Below are positions 17,319-26,125 of a stretch of DNA of 63,238 nucleotides, piece by piece. The notes below the pieces were generated by a model. It did not search any database and was not told the origin of the DNA. It saw nothing but the letters and a program-made list of their open reading frames with translations. Numbering within the stretch: the first letter of the stretch is position 1; each line of letters begins with the position of its first letter. Source of the stretch: Solirubrobacterales bacterium (GTDB lineage Bacteria; Actinomycetota; Thermoleophilia; Solirubrobacterales; 70-9); contig DASSTR010000046.1 of the NCBI GenBank assembly GCA_035707825.1, forward strand, positions 1 to 63,238, in the 5' to 3' direction. A program made the translations under genes and the position numbers.

Positions 17319-19751
17319 GTGAGCGAGGCCACGATCGAGGGACTTTCAGCCGCCGAGGCGGCGGCGCGGCTGCGCAAGCTCGGCCCCCCGCCGGAGACCT
17401 CGTCGCGCTCTGTCTCCAGCATCGTCGCCGGCAACGTCTTCACGCTCTTCAACGCGATCATCGCCGGCTTCTTCGTCCTGGATATCGGCCTCGGCCTCTA
17501 CGCGGACTCGCTCTTCGGCCTGATCGCCATCCTCAACTCCTATATCGGCATCCGCCAGGAGCTGAAGGCGAAGCGGACGCTCGACGAGCTGGCGGTGCTC
17601 GTCGCGCCCCAGGCCAAGGTGATCCGCGACGGCGTCGTCATCGGCCTGCACTCGGAGGAGGTCGTGCCCGGCGACGCGATCCAGGTCAGCCCCGGCGACC
17701 AGCTGGTCGCCGACGGCGAAGTGCTGCGCAGCCGCGGCCTGACGCTGGACGAGTCGATGCTGACCGGGGAGGCCGACGGGGTGCCGAAGGACGCCGGCGA
17801 CCGGGCGCTGTCGGGGTCCTTCTGCATCTCCGGCTCCGGCCACTACCTGGTCGACGCGGTGCGGGAGGAGAGCCACGCGGGACGGCTGGCGGGCGAGGCG
17901 AAGGCCTTCCGGCACCCGCCCTCGCCGCTGCAGGGGGAGGTCAACCGGGTGATCGTCGCCTGCACCTACGTGATGGCGCCGCTGGCGGCGATCCTGCTGC
18001 TCGCCTTCCAGCTGCGCAGCGTCAGCCTCGAAGAGGCGGCGCAGACCGCGACGGCCGGCCTGGTGACGCTGATCCCCGAGGGCCTGGTGCTGCTGATGAC
18101 GGTCACCTTCATGGCCGCGGCGATGCGGCTGGCCGCGCGCAAGACCCTGGTCCAGCAGATGAGCGCCACGGAGAGCCTCGCCGCCGTGGACACGATCTGC
18201 GTCGATAAGACCGGGACGCTGACCGACGGCGAGCTGCGGCTGCTCGGCGTGGTCGTCGCCGAGGGGGCCGACAAGGACGCCGTGCAGGCCGCGCTGGGGC
18301 GCTACGCCGCCAGCGCCGGCGACCGCAACCGCACTTTGGAGGCGATCGGCGAACGCTTCCCCGGCAAGGCGGGGAAGGTGAGCGGCGAGGTTCCCTTCTC
18401 ATCGGAGTGGAAGTGGAGCGGACTGCGGATCGGCGCCAAGACCTACGTGATGGGAGCGCCGGACATACTCGAGCGCACCGGTGCGCTGACGCTCCCAGCC
18501 GGCCTCCGCGGCCGCCTCGAGAAGGAGACGAGGCAGGGCCGGCGCGTGGTCGCCTTCGGCGAGTCGGCCGAGCCGCTGCCCGCCGCCTCGCCGGCCGATG
18601 GCGCGCCGCCGCTGACGCCGCTGGCGCTGATCGTCCTGGAAGAGACGCTGCGCCCCGACGCCGCCGAGACGATCGCCCTGATGCGCGAGGAAGAAGTCGA
18701 CCTGAAGCTGATCTCCGGCGACGCGCGGGCGACGGTGACCGCGGTCGCCTATGCCGTCGGCGTGCCGGCCGACGCCGGCGTCGTCGAGGGGCCCGAACTG
18801 CCCGAGGACCCCGAGGGGCTGGCCAAGGCGGCGCTGGAAAACACGATCTTCTGCCGCATCGCGCCGGAGCAGAAGAAGGCCCTGGTCGCGGCGCTGCGGG
18901 AGTCGGGCCGCTACACGGCGATGATCGGCGACGGGGTCAACGACGTGCCGGCGCTGAAGCAGGCGCGGCTGGCGGTGGCGATGGGCTCGGGAGCGCAGGT
19001 GACGAAGGGGATCGCCGACGTGGTCCTGCTCGAGGACGAGTTCTCCCGCCTGCCGGAAGCGGTCGGCGAGGGACGGCGGATCGCCCGCAACATCCACCGC
19101 CTCGGCCGCCTCTACCTGACCAAGACGGTCTACGCCGCGGCGCTGATCCTGCTCGTCGCCGTGCCGGGCTTCGCCTTCCCCTTCCTGCCCCGCCACCTGA
19201 CCCTGGCCGCAATGCTGACCATCGGCATTCCCTCCTTCGTGCTGGCGCTGATGCCCTCCGACGGGCCGCTTTACCGGGGGCGCCTGCTGCGGGCCCTGGC
19301 CGCCTTCGCGGTGCCGGCGGGCCTGGCCACGGCGCTCGGCTCGATCCTCTCCTTCTTCCTCGTCGACACCGTCTTCGGCGGCTCGCTGGAGTCGGGACGC
19401 ACCGCCGCGACCACGACCCTCACCGTGCTCGGCCTCAGCTTCATCCTCCTGCTCGAGCGAGGCCGGGGACGCGAGCACATCGCGATCCAGAGCTACATGC
19501 TCGGCATGGTCATCGGGCTGGGGGGCCTCTTCGCCGGGATCCTCGCCCTTCCCCCGCTGCGCGACTTCTTCGAGATGGAGCTGCTCAGCTCGGCGCAGTG
19601 GTTCCTGGCCCTGATCAGCGCCGCCCTCGGCCTCGCGGTCGCCAGCGTCCTCTGGCGCCTGCCGCAGATCGAACAGCTCGAAGTGCCCGGCGAGGCGGGC
19701 GCCGAAGAAGAGGCCGAGGGCTTCAGCCCGGCGGCAGCACGAACTGGCTGA
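17319..19751 (+). CDS. Cation-transporting P-type ATPase (P2/HAD-IC type)
   Basis: ORF track. Actuator motif MLTGEADG (TGE), phosphorylation site VDKTGTLT, hinge motif GDGVNDVPALK, and roughly 8-10 TM segments. Confidence 0.92.
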   Translation: MSEATIEGLSAAEAAARLRKLGPPPETSSRSVSSIVAGNVFTLFNAIIAGFFVLDIGLGLYADSLFGLIAILNSYIGIRQELKAKRTLDELAVLVAPQAKVIRDGVVIGLHSEEVVPGDAIQVSPGDQLVADGEVLRSRGLTLDESMLTGEADGVPKDAGDRALSGSFCISGSGHYLVDAVREESHAGRLAGEAKAFRHPPSPLQGEVNRVIVACTYVMAPLAAILLLAFQLRSVSLEEAAQTATAGLVTLIPEGLVLLMTVTFMAAAMRLAARKTLVQQMSATESLAAVDTICVDKTGTLTDGELRLLGVVVAEGADKDAVQAALGRYAASAGDRNRTLEAIGERFPGKAGKVSGEVPFSSEWKWSGLRIGAKTYVMGAPDILERTGALTLPAGLRGRLEKETRQGRRVVAFGESAEPLPAASPADGAPPLTPLALIVLEETLRPDAAETIALMREEEVDLKLISGDARATVTAVAYAVGVPADAGVVEGPELPEDPEGLAKAALENTIFCRIAPEQKKALVAALRESGRYTAMIGDGVNDVPALKQARLAVAMGSGAQVTKGIADVVLLEDEFSRLPEAVGEGRRIARNIHRLGRLYLTKTVYAAALILLVAVPGFAFPFLPRHLTLAAMLTIGIPSFVLALMPSDGPLYRGRLLRALAAFAVPAGLATALGSILSFFLVDTVFGGSLESGRTAATTTLTVLGLSFILLLERGRGREHIAIQSYMLGMVIGLGGLFAGILALPPLRDFFEMELLSSAQWFLALISAALGLAVASVLWRLPQIEQLEVPGEAGAEEEAEGFSPAAARTG

Positions 19752-20172
19752 CGATCAGGTTGGCCGCCAGCCGCGGCTCGGCGCCCTCGCGGCGGCGCTC
19801 CATCCTGACCTCGATCACGACCGTGCTCTTGCCCGCGTGCAGGGGCTCGGCGCGGGCGAGGATCTCGTCCCCGAGGACGCCGGCCGCGAAGACGTTGAGC
19901 TTCAGCTCGATCGTCGTGAAGTTATGGCCGGCCGGGATGCTGCGGAAGGTCGACCAGGCGGCGACGGTGTCGCCGAGCGCGGTCCAGACGCCGCCGTGTA
20001 CGAAGCCGCCCGGGTGCAGGTGGCGTTTGTCGACGACGATGCGCCCGCGGGCGTGGGAGTCCTCGACCTCCAGCGGATCGATTCCGAGGTCGCCCGGAAA
20101 GCTGCCCGGGAGGAAGTCGCGGATCGACTCCGGCGTGATCGCCGAGCTGGGCTGGTGCGGCGCGTCGCTCAT
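19723..20172 (-). CDS. PaaI/hotdog-fold thioesterase
   Basis: ORF track. HPGGFVHGGVWTALGDT and TIELKLNVF are hotdog-fold signatures. Its 3' end overlaps the convergent ATPase gene by 29 nt. Confidence 0.8.
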   Translation of the reverse strand: MSDAPHQPSSAITPESIRDFLPGSFPGDLGIDPLEVEDSHARGRIVVDKRHLHPGGFVHGGVWTALGDTVAAWSTFRSIPAGHNFTTIELKLNVFAAGVLGDEILARAEPLHAGKSTVVIEVRMERRREGAEPRLAANLIVSQFVLPPG

Positions 20173-20236
20173 CGCGAGCGCACCCTACTTCAGGCGGCGA
20201 CCGTCTCAGCTGCAGGCGCAGCCCCTGCCGGGATGC

Positions 20237-21712
20237 TCAGCCCGCGACCGGCGCAGGTGAGCGGGAGAGGTCGTATGCGCCGGGCTCCAGGACCGCCGTG
20301 CGGCGCCGGTAGGTCCGCCACTGCCAGGGCCAGTTGCTCGGGTCGTTGCCCTCCTCGTCGACGTACCAGTTGGTGCAGCCGCTGTGCCAGACGGTGCCGG
20401 CGAGGGCCTCGCGCAATTCCCGATCGAAGGCCTCCGCGGCCTCGGCGCGGACCTCGATGCGGGCGGCGCCGGCGCGATCCATCTCACGCAGGGCCGCAAG
20501 CACGTGCCCCATCGCGCACTCGATCGTGTTGACGACCGAACCGCTGCCGCCGTTGGTGTTGGGGCCGTAGAGAAGGAACATGTTGGGGAAGTTGGGCACG
20601 GTGACGCCGAGATAGGCGCGAGGGACCTTGCCCCACTGCCCGGCCAGGGTGCGGCCTTCCCGGCCCGCGATCTCCATCGGCGCGACGAAGTCGTGGCTGG
20701 CGAAGCCGGTGGCGAGGACGATGACGTCGGCCGGGCGCTCGGCGCCGGTCGCGTCGCGGATGCCGGACTCGGTGATCGCCTCGACCCCAACGTCGATCAG
20801 CTCGACGTTGGGCTGGGTGAGGGCCGGGTACCAATCGTCGGTGAGCATGATCCGCTTGCAGCCGATCTCGTCGTTCGGGGTGAGCTTGCGGAGCAGCTCG
20901 GGATCGTCGATCGCCGCCCGGATCTGGCGGCGTCCGATGGCTCGCAGCACCGGCTGCAGCCAGCGCTGACTGGTCATCGCCGCGGCGGCGAACTCCTGGA
21001 AGGCCTGGATCGAGGCGCGGTCGAGCCGGTGCAGGAGGGGGAAGCGCTTGAAGAGGGCGCGCAGGAGCGGCGGGTACTCGTAGTCGCCCTTCGGAAGGGT
21101 CCAGCCGGGCGAGCGCTGGTAGACGTCGAGGCGGGCGACCCGCGGCTGGATCGCCGGGACGACCTGGATCGCGCTGCAGCCGGTGCCGACGACGGCCACC
21201 CGCTTGCCGGCGAGGTCGACGTCATGGCGCCATTCGGCGGTGTGGAAGGCGGGGCCGGCGAAGCTCTGCAGGCCCGGCAGCGGCGGCACTTTCGGCACCG
21301 AGAGCTGGCCGCAGGCGGCGATCAGGACGTCCGCCTCGTGCGGGCCCGCCGAGGTCTCGAGCCGCCAGCGGCCGGCCCCCTCGTCCCAGCCGGCGCTCTT
21401 GACCTCGGTCCCCGTCCGCACCTTCTCGATGACGCCGAAGCGGCGGGCCACTCCCTCCATGTAGGCCTGGATCTCAGGCTGCTGGGCATAGCGGCGCGAC
21501 CAGCTGTTAGGGGCGAAGGAGAACTCGTAGAGGTGCGAGGGGATGTCGCAGGCGGCGCCGGGATAGGTGTTCTTCTGCCAGACGCCGCCGATTCGCTCCT
21601 CCTTCTCGAAAACGGTGACGTCCTCGTAGCCGGCGCGGCGCAGCATTGTCGCCGCGGCGATGCCTGCGAAGCCGCCGCCGACCACGGCAACCGAGCGGCC
21701 GCCGCTATACAC
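20237..21712 (-). CDS. Baeyer-Villiger-type flavin monooxygenase
   Basis: ORF track, GTG start. FAD motif VVGGGFAG. BVMO fingerprint FAGPAFHTAEW (FxGxxxHxxxW). Second Rossmann motif VAVVGTGCSA. Confidence 0.88.
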   Translation of the reverse strand: MYSGGRSVAVVGGGFAGIAAATMLRRAGYEDVTVFEKEERIGGVWQKNTYPGAACDIPSHLYEFSFAPNSWSRRYAQQPEIQAYMEGVARRFGVIEKVRTGTEVKSAGWDEGAGRWRLETSAGPHEADVLIAACGQLSVPKVPPLPGLQSFAGPAFHTAEWRHDVDLAGKRVAVVGTGCSAIQVVPAIQPRVARLDVYQRSPGWTLPKGDYEYPPLLRALFKRFPLLHRLDRASIQAFQEFAAAAMTSQRWLQPVLRAIGRRQIRAAIDDPELLRKLTPNDEIGCKRIMLTDDWYPALTQPNVELIDVGVEAITESGIRDATGAERPADVIVLATGFASHDFVAPMEIAGREGRTLAGQWGKVPRAYLGVTVPNFPNMFLLYGPNTNGGSGSVVNTIECAMGHVLAALREMDRAGAARIEVRAEAAEAFDRELREALAGTVWHSGCTNWYVDEEGNDPSNWPWQWRTYRRRTAVLEPGAYDLSRSPAPVAG

Positions 21713-21792
21713 GAGGTTGCCCCCCGCTATACGCCGGGCCCCCGCTATGCGCCGGGCCGCCGCTATACGCCGGGCCGCCGCTATACACCGAA
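21697..21792. repeat. Tandem repeat of 18-nt period, 5 units (CCGCCGCTATAC-like), bridging the crotonase stop and the BVMO start
   Basis: Units start at 21699, 21721, 21739, 21757 and 21775. The identical 16-mer GGCCGCCGCTATACAC occurs at 21697-21712 (containing the BVMO GTG) and at 21773-21788 (containing the crotonase TAG). Confidence 0.9.
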
Positions 21793-22731
21793 GCCCTCAC
21801 GGCCGAAGTCCCCGAAGGGCTCGTCGCGCTCGCGGACCGCCTCTTTGAAGCCACCCTCAGCGGCGCGGCGGACGAAGCCGTGGCCCTCCTCGGTGTGGCG
21901 GGCGACGCCGTCGAAGAAGGTGCCGAGCAGCTGCGTCTGGTGCAGGCCCTGCGCGTAGAGGGACTGGTTGACGAGCATCTTCATCATCACCAGCTGGTTG
22001 ATCGGCAGCCGGGCGACCCGCTCCAGCAGGGCCTCGAAGCGCTCGTCGAGCTCGGCCGGGGGCGCGGCCTCAGTGGCAAGCCCCCACTCGACGGCCTCGG
22101 CGCCGCTGAGCGAGTCGCCGGTCAGCAGCAGCCGCTTGGCTCGCATCGGCCCGACGCGAGCCGTCCAGAGCGCCGTCGTCGGGGAGCCCCAGACGCGGGC
22201 GGGCGGGTAGCCGATCTTGGCGTCCTCGGCGACGACGAGCAGATCGGAGCAGAGCGCCATGTCGGTGCCACCGGCGACGCAGTAGCCGTGCACCTTGCAG
22301 AGCACCGGCTTCTCGGAGTGGAAGAGGCTCATGAAGCCACGCACGTTTCGCCACATGAACTGGAAGTCGGTGACCGGGTCCCAGTTGGACTCCGGCGCGT
22401 GGTTGGCGGCGATCGTGGCCGGGTCGAGCGGCGAGCCGGGTGGCGGCGCGAGCGGGTCAGAGCTCTGTCCGTCCCCGGTGGCCGCATCGCCGAGCTGGCT
22501 CATGTCGCCCTCCGCCGAGGCGACCAGGTCATAGCCGCCGCAGAAGCCGCTGCCGGCCCCGGCGAGGGCGATCGCGTGGACGGCCGGGTCGAGGTTGGCC
22601 CGCTCCACGCAGGCCGAGATCTCGGCCGGCATGCGGGGCACGATCCCGTTGCCCCGCCCAGGCCTATTCAGGGTGATCCGGGCGACCCGGTCGCCGGCCT
22701 CGTAGGTCAGCGTTTGCAGATCGTCGGCCAC
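21781..22731 (-). CDS. Enoyl-CoA hydratase/isomerase (crotonase) family protein
   Basis: ORF track. Segments RITLNRPGRGNG, AGSGFCGGYDL, KVHGYCVAGGTDMAL and AEAVEWGL. Confidence 0.85.
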   Translation of the reverse strand: MADDLQTLTYEAGDRVARITLNRPGRGNGIVPRMPAEISACVERANLDPAVHAIALAGAGSGFCGGYDLVASAEGDMSQLGDAATGDGQSSDPLAPPPGSPLDPATIAANHAPESNWDPVTDFQFMWRNVRGFMSLFHSEKPVLCKVHGYCVAGGTDMALCSDLLVVAEDAKIGYPPARVWGSPTTALWTARVGPMRAKRLLLTGDSLSGAEAVEWGLATEAAPPAELDERFEALLERVARLPINQLVMMKMLVNQSLYAQGLHQTQLLGTFFDGVARHTEEGHGFVRRAAEGGFKEAVRERDEPFGDFGREGFGV

Positions 22732-22807
22732 GCGCCCGACCCTACTAGCCGCCCCGCCAAGGCGCGACGGCTTTCGAGTTGGCTCTTAGCGTCATTAGGG
22801 TATCCGC

Positions 22808-23395
22808 ATGACGGCGGCGGTACGGGTTACTGATCAACTTGCCCGCGCCACAGCCGAGTCCCTAGGGGACGGTTTCCATGACGACGAGGTCTGGACCTGG
22901 CTGTTGCCCAGGCGGTGGCAACTGCGCCGGGTTCTGCCGCGCTACTACGAGGTGTTGATCCGGCGCGTGTTCGTTCCCCGCAACGCTGCTTGGACGACGG
23001 CCGACGCCGCCGGGGGCGCACTTTGGTTTCCACCTGGTACTGCGGAAATGAGTCTCGACGAGCAATTGCGCACCGGCCTCGCGATGCTGCCGGAGGGCGT
23101 TGGCAGCCTGCGCAAGGGTGCCCGCTGGGAGCGGCTGATCCACGAGAACCTGCCGCGTGAGCCGCACTGGCGGTTGAACAGTCTCTCGGTAAGAACCTCT
23201 ATGCAGCGCAGGGGCGTCGGCAGCGTCCTAATCGAGCCCGGCCTGCGGCTGGCGGAAGCCGACGGCGTTGGTTGTTACCTGGAGACTCAGCGACGCGCCA
23301 ACATCCCCTTCTACCGGCGCTTTGGCTTCGAGGAGGCCGGCGAGATCGGACTGCCTGGCTCTCCGCCGGTGTGGCGCATGTGGCGCCCGGCCTAG
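22808..23395 (+). CDS. GNAT-family N-acetyltransferase
   Basis: ORF track. MQRRGVGSVLIEPGL is the acetyl-CoA Q/RxxGxG/A motif. It ends ...IPFYRRFGFEE. Confidence 0.8.
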   Translation: MTAAVRVTDQLARATAESLGDGFHDDEVWTWLLPRRWQLRRVLPRYYEVLIRRVFVPRNAAWTTADAAGGALWFPPGTAEMSLDEQLRTGLAMLPEGVGSLRKGARWERLIHENLPREPHWRLNSLSVRTSMQRRGVGSVLIEPGLRLAEADGVGCYLETQRRANIPFYRRFGFEEAGEIGLPGSPPVWRMWRPA

Positions 23396-23435
23396 GTTGC
23401 TCCCCTACCTCGGCCGAGACGGCAGGTCGCTTGCC

Positions 23436-24596
23436 TCAGACGCGCTCGACGATCATCGCCTTGCCCTGGCCGCCGGCGACGCACATCGTCTCCAGGCCGA
23501 CCTGATGATCGTCGGTCTCCATCACGTTGAGCAGGGTGCTCATGATGCGGGCGCCGGTCATCCCGAAGGGGTGGCCGAGGGCGATCGCGCCGCCGTGCGT
23601 GTTGAGCTTCTCCAGCGGGATGTCGCACTCGTCCATGATCGGGATCACCTGGGCGGCGAAGGCCTCGTTGAGCTCGACCGCGCCGACGTCGCCAATCGAC
23701 ATCCCGGCCCGGTCGAGGGCCTTCTTGATCGCGCCGATCGGGGCCACGCCCATGTACTCGGGCTCGTTGCCGTAGGTGGCGGCGGTGACGATGCGGGCAC
23801 GCGGGGTGAGGCCGAGCTCCTTGGCCTTGGTGTCGCTCATCAGCAGCACCGCGGCGGCGCCGTCGTTGAGCGGGCAGGAGTTGCCGGCGGTGACCCCGCC
23901 GCCGCCCTCGAAGGCCTCCGGCAGTTCGGAGAGCTTCTCGAGGGTCGAAGAGGCGCGCGGGCCGTCGTCCTTGGCCACCTCGGTCCCGTCCTCGAGCTTG
24001 ACCGGGACGATTTCGCGGTCGAAGAAGCCGTCCTCCTGGGACTGGACCGCCAGTTCCTGGGAGCGCTGCGCGTACTTGTCCATGTCAGCGCGGCTGACCT
24101 CGTACCTCTTCGCCACGTTGACCGCCGTCAGGCCCATGTCGATGTAGGCGTTGGGCTGGCCGTTCTCGCCGATCAGGTTCGGGTTGCGGTCGGCGGCTCC
24201 GGCGGGCTCGGTGCGCTCGTTGAACTTGCTCACCCACTCGACGCCGACGGCGAGGTAGGCGTCGCCCTCGCCGGCCTTGATCGCGTTGCCGGCGTGGCGG
24301 ATCGCGTCGAGGCTCGAGGAGCAGTAGCGGGAGACCGTGACGCCGTTGACCTCCTGGGGGAGCTTCTCGGAGAGCAGCGAGATGATGCGGCCGATGTTGA
24401 AGGCCTGCAGGCCCTGCGGCATGCCGACGCCGCAGAAGACGTCCTCGATCAGGGCCGGGTCGACCTCGGGGTTGCGCTCGAGCAGCTGGTCGACGACGAA
24501 GGCGCCCGTCTCCTCAGGGCGCAGCTGGGCGAGCGAGCCCTTGAAGGCGCGGCCGATGGGCGTACGCAGGGTGTCGACGATGACTGCCTCGGGCAT
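23436..24596 (-). CDS. Acetyl-CoA C-acyltransferase (thiolase)
   Basis: ORF track. VSRYCSSSLDA carries the nucleophilic Cys. Other motifs are NEAFAAQ, GGAIALGHPFGMTG and MCVAGGQG. An AAGGAG Shine-Dalgarno sequence lies at 24609-24604. Confidence 0.93.
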   Translation of the reverse strand: MPEAVIVDTLRTPIGRAFKGSLAQLRPEETGAFVVDQLLERNPEVDPALIEDVFCGVGMPQGLQAFNIGRIISLLSEKLPQEVNGVTVSRYCSSSLDAIRHAGNAIKAGEGDAYLAVGVEWVSKFNERTEPAGAADRNPNLIGENGQPNAYIDMGLTAVNVAKRYEVSRADMDKYAQRSQELAVQSQEDGFFDREIVPVKLEDGTEVAKDDGPRASSTLEKLSELPEAFEGGGGVTAGNSCPLNDGAAAVLLMSDTKAKELGLTPRARIVTAATYGNEPEYMGVAPIGAIKKALDRAGMSIGDVGAVELNEAFAAQVIPIMDECDIPLEKLNTHGGAIALGHPFGMTGARIMSTLLNVMETDDHQVGLETMCVAGGQGKAMIVERV

Positions 24597-24609
24597 GCGG
24601 GTTCTCCTT

Positions 24610-24673
24610 GAAGTCTTGGGTGCGAACGTGAAGTGAAGTCTTGGTGCGAACGTGAAGCCTTGGTTGCGAAAGT
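24610..24673 (-). repeat. Three direct ~20-nt repeats (ACGTTCGCACC[C]AAGACTTC on the gene strand) abutting the thiolase Shine-Dalgarno sequence
   Basis: Units at 24610-24629, 24635-24653 and 24654-24673. The third is diverged (ACTTTCGCAACCAAGGCTTC). Confidence 0.85.
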
Positions 24674-24707
24674 GCGGGCCGCAGAGTAGTGGATTAAGTT
24701 AGGGGCG

Positions 24708-25181
24708 ATGTCGCTCGACGGTCTGCGGGCATGGATAGGTGAGGTCGAGCGCAAGCTCGACACTCGAACGCGGATTTTTCTCGTCCTCGCCGTGATCGCG
24801 GTGGGGGGAGCCGCCGCGGGCATCTACCTGGGCATCGACGCCCGCAACAACGAAGTCAGCAAGAGCGACCTGCAGGCCACGCAGAGGCAGATCGAAGAGC
24901 GCCTCGGCGGGTCGAACGTCGCTCAGCTGGAAGCCGACCTGAAAGCGCTGGAAGCCGAAGTCGAAGAGCTGAAGGGCGGCGGCACCGCCGGCCAGACGGA
25001 AGGCGGCGCGGGCGCCGGCGGCAAAGCCGGCAGGGACGAAGGGGTCGCTACGGGTGGTACCGGGGCGACCGGCAAGCAGGGGACCGAAGGCGCCAGCAAC
25101 GGCAGCGTCCCGCCTCAGAAACTAAAAGAGGCGATCGAAAAAGCGCAGAAAGAAAGCGAAGAAGCAGCGGCGGGCAAATAG
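24708..25181 (+). CDS. Hypothetical single-pass membrane protein with coiled-coil and Gly-rich regions
   Basis: ORF track. TM helix IFLVLAVIAVGGAAAGIYLGI, then a heptad-like stretch LEADLKALEAEVEELK and a Gly/Thr-rich low-complexity tail. Confidence 0.5.
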   Translation: MSLDGLRAWIGEVERKLDTRTRIFLVLAVIAVGGAAAGIYLGIDARNNEVSKSDLQATQRQIEERLGGSNVAQLEADLKALEAEVEELKGGGTAGQTEGGAGAGGKAGRDEGVATGGTGATGKQGTEGASNGSVPPQKLKEAIEKAQKESEEAAAGK

Positions 25182-25313
25182 CCTCCCGATCAGCCTTTTG
25201 TGCTGAATCGCACATTCTTCACGGCTTGCGTCCCCTCTCTCCGCTACATTCGCGCGCAATTCGACCTCGCGGGTAACGCGAGCACTGCCAAATGGCAGCG
25301 AAAGGAGACCCCG

Positions 25314-25460
25314 ATGCCTGAGGGCTACTGCGTCAAAGAGCGCAAGAAGGTCGAGATCAAGGACGCCAAGCAGGTGACGATGAAAAATGGGCGTCCCGCC
25401 ATTCAGGGGGTGTGCCCCGACTGCGGTACCAAAATCTTCAAGATCGGCAAGCTCGAATAG
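25314..25460 (+). CDS. Small zinc-ribbon-like protein (DUF5679-like)
   Basis: Within ORF-track frame 25200..25460. The ATG at 25314 is preceded by AAAGGAG (25301-25307). The 48-aa product is MPEGYCVKERKKVEIKDAKQVTMKNGRPAIQGVCPDCGTKIFKIGKLE. One Cys of the first knuckle is missing. Confidence 0.7.
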   Translation: MPEGYCVKERKKVEIKDAKQVTMKNGRPAIQGVCPDCGTKIFKIGKLE

Positions 25461-25468
25461 CGGCCTGA

Positions 25469-25503
25469 GGGCGGCGGCGCAGCGTCGCCGTCGCCGCCCT
25501 TTT
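25469..25503 (+). terminator. Intrinsic terminator: GC-rich ~11-bp stem followed by TTTT
   Basis: GGGCGGCGGCG (25469-25479) pairs with CGCCGTCGCCGCCC (25486-25499) with one bulge or wobble, followed by TTTT at 25500-25503. It starts 9 nt after the stop of the zinc-ribbon gene. Confidence 0.7.
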
Positions 25504-25612
25504 GCCACCGCCCGGCTTTCCAGCCTGAACCGGGGCCGGCGGCTGTACGTATGTCGGGGCGTGTTTGATTTCCATCCCCTGATCAGCGTCATCTGCGTCG
25601 GAGGGCGGTGAG

Positions 25613-26125
25613 ATGCCCGTCCACGCGCTGAGCGGAGAGCGCGGCGTCCGCCAGGCTTACGCAGCGCACGCCAAAGAGCTCTACGGCTTCGCGATGCGCT
25701 CCCTCGACGATGCCGGCCTGGCCGAGGAGGCGGTCCAGGAGACCTTTCTCCGCGCCTGGCGGGCCGGCGATCGCTTCGACCCACAGATCGGCTCCCTGCG
25801 CACCTGGCTGTTCGCGATCCTGCGCAACGTCGTCATCGACCTCAGCCGCGCCCGGGCCGCGCGCCCCGCCCTGTCCTCGAGCGAGGTCGAGGCTTCCGTG
25901 GAGCCGATCGACCAGGCGCTGCTCGCCTGGCAGGTGGAGGAGGCGATGCGCCGGATCGGCGAGGAGCACCGGCGAATCCTCGTCGAGACCCACTATCGCG
26001 GCCGTCCCTACGCGGAGGTCGCGGTAGAAATGGGGATACCCGAGGGAACCGTGAAGAGCCGCGTCTACTACGGCCTCAGAGCCCTGCGGGTCGTACTCGA
26101 GGAGATGGGCTATGAAGAAGGCTGA
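25613..26125 (+). CDS. ECF-type RNA polymerase sigma factor
   Basis: ORF track. Region 2 segment QETFLRAWRAGDRFDPQIGSLRTWLFAILRNVVIDLSR. Region 4 segment YRGRPYAEVAVEMGIPEGTVKSRVYYGLRALR. Confidence 0.88.
   Translation: MPVHALSGERGVRQAYAAHAKELYGFAMRSLDDAGLAEEAVQETFLRAWRAGDRFDPQIGSLRTWLFAILRNVVIDLSRARAARPALSSSEVEASVEPIDQALLAWQVEEAMRRIGEEHRRILVETHYRGRPYAEVAVEMGIPEGTVKSRVYYGLRALRVVLEEMGYEEG

Noticed and set aside
25200-25313. The 38-codon N-terminal extension of ORF 25200..25460.
   Set aside because: The extension has no Shine-Dalgarno sequence and lies in a structured, lower-GC leader. The internal ATG at 25314 has an AAAGGAG ribosome-binding site and yields the compact zinc-ribbon-like protein.
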